DNA from: Lingula anatina
Taxonomy: Eukaryota > Animalia > Brachiopoda
Assembly: GCA_051362555.1 (NCBI GenBank)
Contig: CM120640.1
Location: 2,604,001 to 2,668,000, forward strand
DNA length: 64,000 nt
Direction: 5' to 3'
Shown: positions 30,501 through 43,500 of the stretch, in pieces
Layout of the letters: each line of letters begins with the position of its first letter
Numbering within the stretch: position 1 is the first letter of the stretch
The notes under the pieces: model-generated
Told to the model about the DNA's origin: nothing
Seen by the model: the letters and a program-made list of their open reading frames with translations, nothing else
Database searches by the model: none
Made by a program: the position numbers and the translations under genes

Positions 30501-33366
30501 GTACATCTCTTGTTACCAGCCTGTAATTTCCACACCCAGGTAGCGCTGCAAAATTGTTGATTATGCATAAGAAACAATAAAACTAAAGTGCTTTACTTTC
30601 TTGCATTTGAAAATGTCTAATAGTGTTTTTAACTTGAAATAATAATGAGGAATTTACCCCCCTCTCTCTAAAAAAGGAAACAGAGAGAGAGAGAGAGAGA
30701 GAATTTACTTCAGGGTTCTAGAAAAATACATACTTCCCGTACACTTTCAAAAAAAGAGAAATCAATAAAGGAGCAAATTGACATACCTTCAATGTCTCCT
30801 TCGATGCACAATTGTTGAACTTGTTGAAAAGATGGTAATATTTGATTTTGATATCGTGCGTGAACTGCTTCACAGCGGGTGGTATTGGCAATGGCGTTGC
30901 CACAGGTAACGGCTTCCGACAGTATACTGAAAATTGAGCCTCTTGGTTTAAAAACTCAATTTGTATAAATGATATTTGACGATTTTTTTTGACAAAAAAG
31001 TTTTTGTTTTATCGACAAGTAGGTCGTATATTATCTTTATATTAAGTTACATCATAACGTAATTTTGCATTTTGAATTTCTTCCATACTGTTTGTAACAC
31101 CTGAAAAAGCTCTCTCGCTAATTACGCTTATCAGTCTAATAATATGACTCTGTTGATGGTTTCTCAGTGTGAAGTCTCACTAATGTGAATTGAAAAAAAA
31201 GTTACTCTACAAAGCTGTGAACACATGCTTTCTACAATATCAGCAATAAATAAGGGGATTACGTGCAGAGCTGTGTGCGAGTGGAAGCTGTCACATTGTC
31301 AAGACGGAGCCCAGAGGACAGGGAAGATATGGTACTGAAACAGGCTTGAATGCTCGTGACGTCTTGGGTAAAATTTTCACAACCAGGAGTGCCTACAGAA
31401 GAAATAAGCAAGCAAACAAAAAACATATAAATAGATAAATAAATGAATAAGATCACAAGTAAAATGTTTACAATTTGAACATTAAGTTGTAAGATATCTG
31501 ACTGTTTTAGGTTTTCTTAAAGCTTCTGAACCTCAAGCATTTAAAATAGGCATAACAATAATCTTCATTTTCAGTATGAGAATCGTTCTTTCCAGAAATG
31601 TTACCACGTGTATATTAGGGTAAATGTACGCTTGCATGCTAGGATAATAACTCCCATTAAGGGGATTAAAAGACGTCGTTTGTCATTTTTAAAATAGAGT
31701 CACTCTGTTGATCTCTGGTAGTTCCACCAAACCATCATGACACATAGGAAAATACCGGTACATACTGTTGTTGACAGGTGCGCCGGCAGGGGACTGGTTT
31801 CCTTGGCAGAGGGACCTAATTTGTACAGATATCTGTGCCAGCTGGTTCACCGTGGACAGTTTCTCCACTACCCAGCCATTTTCTGTCTGAACCTTTTCAA
31901 AGGCCGCGGAATCACAATTGGCTAGCGCCTCTCGCAGACAGACATCGGCTTCGAGTACCACTGTTGCTTCCCTGAATTAATTTTGGATAGTCTTACATCA
32001 TGAATAAAAGGATACACTACGCTTTTTCTTTTCTTTTTAGGAACCATGGAAAAATGACATGAGAAGACAAATAAAACAGAAAGTCGAAAGAATGATACAT
32101 TTAGGCTGTCCGAATTGTCAAATTTAGCCCTTTTTAACACTAGGCGTTTGATAACTTAATACCTGATGTACAGGTTACATTGGTTTAAATCCAACAGGCA
32201 CCACACAACACGTCTATTCAACAACGGAAAGCTAAATAAATTACCCGCCACAAGTACTAAAAGCAGTTAAGTACTTGTGTGTGTGTGTGTTTGTATTCAA
32301 ACAGTGATGTCTGTTGAGTCAGGGTGGATTGTGGATCATCACTTGAGAGAAGACAAACGGTCAACATAAGGGACGTACGCTGTTTTCTTTTTTCTTTTTT
32401 TTTTTACGGATGGAAACGTCGAAATCATTTCGAGGGTAGTGTCCACAAATCCATTATCATTCTTACAAAACAGAAAATGTTCTCACGCATTAGAAGTCTG
32501 AGATAAAAAAAAAGAAGTGAATGATGAAGAAACAACTTTTCCTCCTCAAATTCCTTTACCCGATAACATCTTTAATCTAATGGCGCAGTTGTTGAGTCAA
32601 GAATGCGTCATTCTGTGAGACTATCATAATCAACTTACCCGCAAATGACATCGGCAGCGACCCCGTTACCATTAGCCATACTCAGAATGAGATCGGCGTT
32701 AAATCTTGGAGTTCCAATGTCAGCCGGCGGCCAGTAATCCAGCATACACTGGACAGCTATTGTGGTGTTACAACAGTATCCCACTTGAATGCCTATACAG
32801 GCAAACACCACTGAAATTGGTGAGACAACAAGGCTATGATTCTAACAAATAGAGTGATAAAATGAAAAAATTGGTCAGCCTGGAAATACTGAAAAAGAAA
32901 TTAAGACACGAAAACAAATGGACTTTAAAAATGCAAAATTCAGTGGAATATTTTATACTGTATTGCATGTTAAGCTAACTGATCCGTCATTTTACCTCGT
33001 TCATTTGTTCAAACGCAAAAACAGGCTTCTGGGAAGAAATCAAAGTGTGATTTACATACACCTTTTACCTCAACACAAGGTAAAATAACTACATAAAGAA
33101 CGACCTTCTAGTATCTAATGCCGTATAAAGAGATATCTTATTTTGAAAATCTGTTGCCAGCCTTTTGGCCGCCACGTATATTTCCCATACCCAAGTGGCA
33201 GCCACCGTGAGAAAACAGATTCATCCATTGATTTTCATCACAACCGAATTTCGTCGGTGCTCATATTTTTTGTTAGAAAGCAAATGCAGCAATTTAGTAA
33301 AAGTTGCTTGAATAAATAATTTTCATCAAACTCACCTGTTGAAATCAAGAGAGAAGTAGTTGCCAT
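25403..33366 (-). CDS. Secreted or GPI-anchored glycoprotein with seven six-cysteine helical modules, 737 aa
   Basis: 16 coding exons: 33366-33336, 32810-32639, 31971-31766, 31392-31263, 30926-30787, 30545-30416, 29890-29751, 29371-29242, 28944-28805, 28304-28175, 27931-27792, 27321-27192, 26889-26735, 26455-26350, 25888-25620, 25467-25403. All GT-AG; 2214 nt open. Signal peptide MATTSLLISTVVFACIGIQVGYC, S/T stalk, hydrophobic tail VASIWAPLLVVLSLLQTAPLL*. Confidence 0.88.
27470..27516. repeat. (TAA)n microsatellite
   Basis: Direct reading. Confidence 0.95.
29944..30214. mobile_element. Kolobok-like MITE (TTAA target site) in one duplicated intron
   Basis: TTAA|GGTTATTGTAACCCTT...AAGGTTGACAATATCC|TTAA; not present in the paralogous intron 28945-29241. 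Confidence 0.6.
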
Positions 33367-33977
33367 TTTTGCCTGAAATACAAACCAGTCTACAGAGAGT
33401 GCTAAATCCACTTCTTCTCGCAGCGGCAGGTAAATATGTATTAAAAAGATAAAGTATTGTTCTTTTTTTTTGGAAAATATTCCTTTCATCACGACACTGA
33501 AGCATTAGGCGGAAACTGTTGCATGCGTATTATAACTACATGATTTTGCACTCTTTAAGATAGGGCAATAAAACTTAATAGGTGGACTAGACAGTTAAAT
33601 TAAGTGATGACCGTTGAAGAAAGGGTGGACAGGAACGGTCCAGGACACGGGTCAACACGCTCACTCTGTTAAACCATGGAAGTACGTTGTGATAGGAAGA
33701 AGTTTTCAACGCTATGAGGGTGAATTGGTTGGCAGCCCTGTGAACGTCAATGTTTGACCTCGTTAGTATACAGAACGTCTAATGAGTCCACGTCACGTAA
33801 TAGCGAACACTAACTGCGTTGTTCTATGGTTTGATAATGAGTAAAACTAGAATTCGTGAATATTTTGTCAAAACACAGTGGTGTTCTCTGCTAAGATTAA
33901 CTGACTGTTTGAAAAAATATCCAGCCTGCTATAACTGCCTTAAATATCATTTAAGGCTGTCACACTGGCGGGTCATC

Positions 33978-33979
<2 letters not shown>

Positions 33980-34015
<36 letters not shown>
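33980..34015. repeat. (TG)n microsatellite
   Basis: Direct reading. Confidence 0.95.
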
Positions 34016-34017
<2 letters not shown>

Positions 34018-35263
34018 AGGGTGTATTATGATAATTCGCCTTTACAGGCTCAACCCAGTAAATCAATACAATTAACATAACCAGGAATTCCTTATCATTC
34101 AGTTAGTCTGACATTTTCTGGATTAAAAAAGCCTACGCGGGATTGCACGCGAACCACCGGCAGAAATAGTACGCATTCAGAAATTAACAAAGTTTCCGTT
34201 TGTGTGGTATGGATAGTAGCATCTTCAATAGTTTTACATGCACTGTAGGATATCCAGTCAATCGTTCTATTCCGATTAGATCAAGGCTTTAATTTTTATT
34301 TGCATGCTGCCTGTCATTAGTCGGATAACACTTGACAATATGGATAACAGGTTCGGTGAAAGTGAGTCACACAAAATCAGTGCCCTTTATAATATTTAGA
34401 ACACACTCTACTTCTGCTTTCTGTGAAAACTGGACCTAACAGCTCAGATTCATCATAACATTTCAATGTGTAACACGTTTATAAAACTTGTCTTTCCCAA
34501 ATGATTGCTTCTTCTCAAGTAAATATAAAATGTTGGGTGAGCAATAGTTCCAAAAATCTAAATTTACCTCGTAATGCCCATAGCACAAAAAGCTATCGTG
34601 TGGGGTGTAAACTTGTTTGGGATGTACAAAGGAAATGTGCAGAAATGATTCTTATCAATTATGTTGGTTGCGACAGTTGTGCTAAGGTACAATGTGTGGG
34701 CAAAATTAGGCTGAAACAGCCTCGAGTAAATTAGAGTGAAAAAAAAAACTCAATAAATTTACATCCTTTGAGGCTTACTCTCTGGTAGGTTTGTAAAGCA
34801 AAATATATGTAAGAAAACACATTGTTTTATTTAAAAAAATGCGAATATTTATTAATGAAAAGTATGATGTTACTTTATGAAAATGCATTGGTAATACATT
34901 CTTGATAATATATACAGCAATGTTACTTGAGAGCATGTAGGTCATGGAATCCAGTTAAAGATGGAATTAAGAACCCAATTAAGTTATGAACACGAAGGTT
35001 GTATATGACCTGGACACATTTCAAATGGACATGACCTCTTTGGTTGTTTTTGTAATGCTCCCTCTACAGATTTCAATGTGTCTGCAAAATTTCATAAAAA
35101 ACACCAGCCAGGCTTCCAAAACCATGTGAAATCCCTCTCTGGAAATTGCATGATGAACCATTTTAATCCAATGACCACTCCTCTTGAACAGTTTATTAAA
35201 CTGCTCCCCTGTTTAATCTACATAATATGGCATGTAGTAATATAGTCTGTAGTCTTCTACAGG

Positions 35264-35892
<629 letters not shown>

Positions 35893-36339
35893 TTACCTGA
35901 AAAGCCGAACAAAACAAACATCACTTCTAGCACCGCCTAATAAATTTTTTCCAGCGCGCACCTGTCATGTTCTTTGTTAAACAAGTGAATTTAGTTAAAG
36001 CAACAATGATACTGGTACCTGTTAGAAATAGAAACCAATGTAACCACGTCGTTCACAAGACGTCCAGTAATACAACCTCCACTCCCTTCTATTTTCCTCG
36101 TGCCAAGGTCACACTTGGCTATCGATTTGATGGGTTGGTCAATTTACAAACCACATAAAACGACCCTAACAGTACCACACTATTGCCGTACGTTACACCA
36201 AAGCAAAACCGTCTTTTCCTTCAGCGTCTTCAGTTATCTTACGACGCAATTTGGAGAAAAACTTTTGCAATGATTTACGCAAGTGAAACACTACATATCC
36301 TTCACCTACATTAAGCAATTTCAAAATGACTAATTTTCA

Positions 36340-36850
36340 ACAAACCTGAGCAACAGTTTTGCATTAATACATAGCATAAAATGAGCAAAATCAAACCAAA
36401 ACGCAGGGATACGACCCAACGCTTTCTCACATGCGGTAACAAGCAGTTTTTAACGTGTAGGCGGCGCCACATTTAGCAAAATGTTTTCTAGTGTTATTCT
36501 CGTTTGAAGGGCTGTCTTCCAATGAGCGCCACCTAACGTTAAAATTACGCTTTAGTGCATGTGAACCATAACAAAAGAGGGCTCAAAGAAAATCCACCGG
36601 TATATGCAATACTATTTAACGTTATAGTTAAAATCCCTCTGCCCAGGTAAGCCAGATCAAGGAGATATCCGTATCTATATTGTTGTGAGCTACACTTATC
36701 TTATTTCTTTCGTATTGTGGGGGCAAATTGGGTACAATAAACCTCGCATGGGGCAATAGCCTTTAACGTTATTCGTTAATCAAGTTAGATGACTTGATAT
36801 CGATTTCAGCAGAAGCTAGTCATAGGAATGAGAAAGCAAGTGAGTAATTC
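36340..36850. promoter_or_regulatory. Putative bidirectional promoter of POLR2L and the tetraspanin
   Basis: CpG-richer gap between divergent genes. Plus-strand UTR donors at 36646 (CAG/gtaagc) and 36839 (CAA/gtgagt). GGCGCCACATTT and CTCF-like AGCGCCACCTA motifs. Confidence 0.5.
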
Positions 36851-37579
36851 ATTTCTGTTTTATTCAGTCTTACAACTTTGAGCATTTTGTTTGCGGTTAA
36901 AACTATTCAATAAATTTATTTTATAATTAAAAAGACTTTCAAAGTGGTAACACACTGACAGTTTCTTGTGGCAAGTTACACTCGATAGATATATTTTCAA
37001 AGCAAAAGTGAGAAACATGCCAAGGAGTAGGGAAGGTAGGTTTACGGTGTCTGTAGTTATTAATCATGATTGTCATTATTTTAATGCATGGTATTTTTAT
37101 AGCGCACATTTAGATGTTTTAGTGTGTGGTTTATTTTATAGTTTGAAGCCCAAGGCTAGTATAGTTTATGAGAATATACCTGCTATACAGATCCCATTTA
37201 TTAGTGTTACTGTAGACTAAACATCTATAATCCTTCCTCTGTTAGATTGCATATATTCTTAGTTTTGCTTTACAAAAGCTGATCATAGAGAAATAATGGA
37301 GAGAGTCCAGGAAGGCTTTAGTAGCCTGTGTGGTGAGCTTCGTTTAAGTTCTGTCACCCATTCACTTTTTGTAGTCAACATTGTCATATTTTGACTCTCA
37401 GGTAGTGATAATGTACTTTATTTGAGTGAAGAGTTCAGGTTTATATGATGAATTTGCCTACTGAAAAGCCATAAGCTTGGGTTGGCATTTAGAATTTAAA
37501 GGCTATTGATGTCATGGTAAATATTTAAAAAAAAAAAAAAAATTAAACCATGGACTTATATTTTTCAGGTTCTTGCAAT

Positions 37580-40500
37580 ATGGGCTCTGGGTTTCTGGTC
37601 ATCAAATATGTATTTTATGGATTTAATTGCCTCTTTTGGGTAAGTTTTGTATTTTTGACAGGCTTACAAACATATAATGATTTAGAATTTGTTAAACAGA
37701 TAGTTTTCAGTTGAATTTTAACCATGAACATATAAGTTCACCTGTTCTTATCCACTATGCACCTCTGGCAGTCATATGCAACACTTACAAAAATGCCTTT
37801 ATATATGTATAGTGTTTTCTTTTTAACCTGGTCTTTAAAGAGATCATGTTGTGAATAAGTTAGAAAAGTCAACGGGTACGAAACAGACAGATAAGAAAGT
37901 AACTTTTTTGTGTTTTCAGCTTTTAGGCTGTGCTAGTCTTGGAGTGGGTGTATGGCTTCATCAGAACAAGGGTGAATATGGGGCAATAGCCCAGAGTTAC
38001 AGCTTCCTCAGTGCCCCAGCCTTACTCATAGCTGCTGGGGTGGTCATCCTGGTGGTGGGGTTCTTTGGTTGTTGTGGAGCCCTGGCAGAAAACCAGTGCA
38101 TGCTACTCACTGTGAGTATATGTAGCTTACTTACTGAGGGTGCATGCAGATTCACACATTGTACTAGCAGGGTCGGTCCAACTGTGCAAGAGATTCTTGA
38201 TAAAATGCAATCAGTGCAATGGGCTTACTCTGATAGATAGTTAATTAACCCTTAGCTTTTGGGAAGGCATGTCAAACATTTAAGCTGATTCCACTGATTG
38301 CACTTAAGTGAGAATCACTTGCAGAGTTGGACCAACCCAGTTAGTACAATGTGTGAATCTGAATGTAGTCTTAATTCTTATCATGAATGGGTTTCACATA
38401 AGACAGACACAAGGGGCCTCCAGCTCTCTCTCTCCTGACCTGCTGTGCCTATGGTGATCCAGGCTAGCCCTGTTGTCTTCATTCCTGCCTTGATGGTTCC
38501 CTCCATGCTCCCTTGGGCCTGCCACGGTTTCTCTTTCTAGGTTGTGTCCATTTTACAGCCCATCTTATAATTGCATTGTCTTTATGAAATAAGCCAGCAC
38601 AGACATGTTAGTTGTATTTCCCAGTTAAAAGATACAGAGGGTTATTGATGGGAAACTATTTTTGAAGCTAAGCTTAAAAAGAGAGGTAGCTTTGTGATTA
38701 TTTTTATTGCCCAAATGTAAAACGCTACTGTGCTTGAAGCATGGTTACATGTAAGCAGGTTATGTAGTTTTAATAGTGATGAGTAAACCATTGTCTGCAA
38801 ATAATATAAAATTATATAAAATGATTTAAATATATGGCCTCATATTTTTATAGACTTGTACTGAGAACTGAAGATGTTGGCTGTCTTTTTATTGATGGGA
38901 TGTTGGCGTTATTTTTAACATTTATAATGATATTTTTATTTCAGTATTTTGTACTGGTTGTCCTAATATTTGTCCTACAGATTGTAGCAGCTATTCTTGC
39001 CTTTGTACACCAAGATGAGGTAAGTGAACACTGTACATTTTTGTCATATATATTTTTAAAATCTTTTCATTAGTAAGAAGAGTAAAGAATTGTATATTAG
39101 TTCAAGTAATAATTGTAAAGTTACAAATTATGTCAGAAGTTGTGGATATTATTATTATATTGGGTCTGATGTTTTGAGTCATTTCCAATTATTTTAGATC
39201 AATCATGTATTAGAAAATGAACTCCTTGTGGGTATAAAAGACAAGTATCCTGGTGATCCAAGGAGACTAGAAATGAAAGATGCCTGGGATTTAGTTCAGA
39301 TTGAAGTGAGTACAAGTGATTTAACCACTAAGCAAGTTTTTTACAGCATTTTTATAATTAACTTTTTATATCTTCAGAAAAATAACAGCTTTTATTACTG
39401 AAAGCTGTCGTTTTGTTAAATAGTTTCATTTTGTCAAAAAGTCCTATCTGAATGTATGGATATTTAACAACAAATTATAGTAAATAATGATAAATAAGAC
39501 TGTTAAGCTCTTAGAGGTCTAGAATGCCAAAAAGATGAGGAGGGCTATGGGACAATCCCATGTATATTTGCCCCAATTCTTTTTATGTACAGACACAGAT
39601 GTGTCTGTACATATTGCCATCACCTGCGTCTGTCGTCGCCGTCGTCGCCGATGCCGATGCCGATGCCGATGGCGATGCCGTCGCCGTGCACTTTCACTGT
39701 AAACACGATAAGTGGAACACAGTTTTATTTTTTGGTTTTATATTTACAGAGCTGATGAATATTCATAAAACGCAGGTCAAGTTCGAAAATCAGCATGATC
39801 GGGCCATTATTGTAGAAGTTATGCTGTTTTTTCACTTTTCAGCATATATGCAACCCTGTAAACACATTTTAAGGAAAACCGTTAGGCCTGTTGTCATGAA
39901 ACTCAGAGAAGTAATCAATCTTTTTAAAACGCAGGTCAAGTCCGAAAATGGGCATGATCGGGCCACTATTTTAGTAGTTATGCTGTTTTTTCCTTTTTTC
40001 AGCATATGTGCAACACTGTAAACACAATTTAAGAAAAACAGATGGGCCAATTGTCATTAAACTCACAGGAGTGGTCAATCTTACTAAAACGCAGGTTGAG
40101 TTCGAAAATCAGCATAATCGGGCCATTATTTTAGAAGTTATGCTGTTTTTTCACATTTCCTCAGATTCAATTCTTAGGCATGTTAACAGTCTTATTATTT
40201 TACTAATAAGATACATTAAAGTGTTTGTTTGACATTTCCTGCATCTTTACAACATTGTTAGTAGATTATGTAAAAATGATGGTAAACTTGTTATGGGCAT
40301 TTTTACAATCCTGGGCACTTTTCGGATTTTCCCACATATTGCTAATTAACAAATTACATACATATGATCAAAGAATTTTTTTATCACTATGTTAGAGAAT
40401 GGTGTAAGTGAAGATAAACACTGAAAATAGAAACCAAATATCACCACCGAGTCCAAAGATATGCTAAAGCAAAGCCCGAAAAATGACCAAAAATTTTTCC

Positions 40501-43500
40501 CGTTTTAGTCATATGAAATAAAAAGCAATCTGAAATAAATTAAAACAGTGTTTGACATTGCATTTCTTTGGATTATAAAACACTCAGTAGTATGGTGGAA
40601 GCAAAAAAGTTTAAATATTAACAGGAGAGAGGTGTATCCTAGTAAAAAAAGTCTTTTAATGGCATGCTGGTATTTCCGTTAAACGAAATGTCCATTCCGA
40701 AACAAAAATAAATGACTTTCAGAAAATATATCATAAAACATACAGTATAATTTACCATCCTAATCATTATTTGGATGTATTGGTATTGTTTGCATCAAAT
40801 AATGAAATCTGCGCAATGATTCTGGAGCTTGACATGGAGTGCAAAATAACCCTACCGTGTTTTTCCGTTAAATTTGTCCATTCCGAAACATTGGGTTTCT
40901 CTTACATAAAAAGAACATGTTGACACCTAGCCAGTAACAATATATATTTCTCTAAAGCCCAGGACATGTGATATTTATTTTTATATAAGAAAACCCCAGT
41001 GCACAGAAACCCATTTAACTGTGGTCTTTTTTGAGATGCTTGTTAAAAATTGTCCATTCCGAAACAAAGTACCTTTACATTGCCAATGTTATAAATAGAG
41101 AGAATTCTGTCTTTAATGCTGTATGTTTCACTTGACATAAGCAAATTACTGTTAGAGCATCATGCATATGACATGTAAATAATAGAAAAACATTTCTTCA
41201 GTGGCATCTTTTTAAATTTCTATATATATCCTCAACAAAAAAATTCATTTTTGCGAGTCAGGATCTTTTCTTTGGATCTACTAGAACTTCCATTGCATAC
41301 TTTCCCAAAGTTCATGTATTTCAAAGTTAAATTAACAATTAATTGAAGAGATTATATCAGTATAAATAGAAATATAGGCAATTTGGATGCTTTGTATCGG
41401 AAAGGACATTTTTTAACACATTGTCTAAAACACTTGTTTACTCTTTGGTCTGCTCATCTATTTATTATTCATGAGGAAGAGGATGATGGGAAGCACATCA
41501 AATTTATGTAGAATATAATTTTGAATAATATAGCTTATCTTACTTTAAATACTGCTTACTTTTGATGTACAAAAAAGTATTCGAAAATAGTTATGAGGCT
41601 ACACGTGTTAAAGTTGCAAAGGTCAGTTCACTGGCACGGTTTACAGAGGCGCTTGCAGGCAGACACAGGGTTATAATTAACTTCCTGTGATTATCTATAA
41701 TATATACATACATCATGATATATATATATATACACCATTTAAGCAATTCGTTAATGTTAAATAAATGTCCATTCCGAAACACAGGACATGCCTAAAAGGA
41801 CATATTTAAAAATGTAATTACTAAATTTAAACCTGACCTTGTCAAATAATATTTTATACAGCTATGAGCTGTAACAAAAGGAAGTAGAATAGGGTATAAT
41901 GGAGTGTAGAAGACTCTATTTTATATCATGATCAAATACTAAGGGAGTAACATTTAAAAAAAGAATCAAAAACTATCCAAAATGACCAATTAATGTAATA
42001 AAAACAATTCAGTTTTAATCTAGTTTACTCATATTTTGTCTAATGATTGCTTCACCTGTACCTTGTAAACCAACATACTATGAGATCTTAAGGCAATTTC
42101 ATAAATGTTAAACAAATGTCCATTCCGAAACAAGGACATGTCTAAAAGGACATATTTAAATATGTAATTACTAAATTTAAACCTGACCTTGTGAAATAAT
42201 ATTTTATACAGCTATGCACTGTAACAAAAGAAACTGGAATAAGGTATAATGGCATAAAGAATACCTGGAATATATCTCAGAATCAATATTTAATAAAATA
42301 AAATTCCAGTAATGAATTACTAGTACAAAATAGACAAAACAAGCACAAAATGTAATAAAAAGACTTCAATTTTAGTTCAGCTTCCACCTATTCTGCCCAG
42401 TTATTCATAGACTTCACCTAAAACTTATAAAAACTCAAATACTACAATATATTAAAACAATATCATAAATGTTAAAAAAATGTCCTTTCCGAAACAGGGA
42501 TGTTTCGGAAAGGACATTTATTTTAACATGACACTGCAATTAGCACACATGTCCGTGCAAAATAATATTTTACACAATCATGAAGCATAACATAAAGAAC
42601 TAATGCAAGGTAAAGTGAAGTACAGAAGTCCTCAGAATATCTCAGAATCAAAAACTTCATGGAGTCACATTTAATACTGAAACAGGAAAATTACAAAATG
42701 TCATTGATTCGTCAAATTTTGGATATTTTCATCCATTTTTTTTGCAAATACATAAAAGAGCAATACTCTCTGAGTAAAACTAAGTGGTTTTTTGGAGATC
42801 AATACCTTAAATTACCATAAAAGTCACACACTTCAAGGTTTAGCTTATGAAAATTAAAAAAATGATTTTCAAAATTCAAATGATCATATCTTTATACATA
42901 CACAAGGTTTTATCTCAGGATTGTCATTTCTTATACCCTTCAGGTCTATACTTTCAAGAAAAGTACACATTTCAACACAAAAATGACTTCTATTTTTGAC
43001 CCTTGTTGGGAAAAAAAGGAGCCCAGGATTGTAAAAATGCCCTTATCGTGTATTGTGTAATAAAGTGTCAAAAATGGAAATAAACTCATATCATTGCAGT
43101 TTGTCAGATTCAATCATTCACTATGTTCAGAATCTCAGAATGGAGGAAATTGGACATTTAACACTATTCTATTGATATTTTCCCATCTCATCAATTATCT
43201 TAGTTGATGCTATAAAAATGGCAGTAAACTGTTTATTTTGTTTTATGTTAAAAAAAGTGTTAAAAATGGAAATAAACCCATGTCAGAACAGTGCTGTCTT
43301 GTTTCACATTTCCTCAGATTCAATTCTTAGGCATGTTAACAGTCTTATTATTTAACTAATAAGACATGTAAAAGTGTTTGGTTGACATTTCCTGCATCTT
43401 TACAACATTATTAGTTGATTATGTAAAAATGATGGTAAACTTGTTATCTTGTATTGTGTAATAAAGTTTCAAAAATGGAAACAAACTCATATCATTGCAG

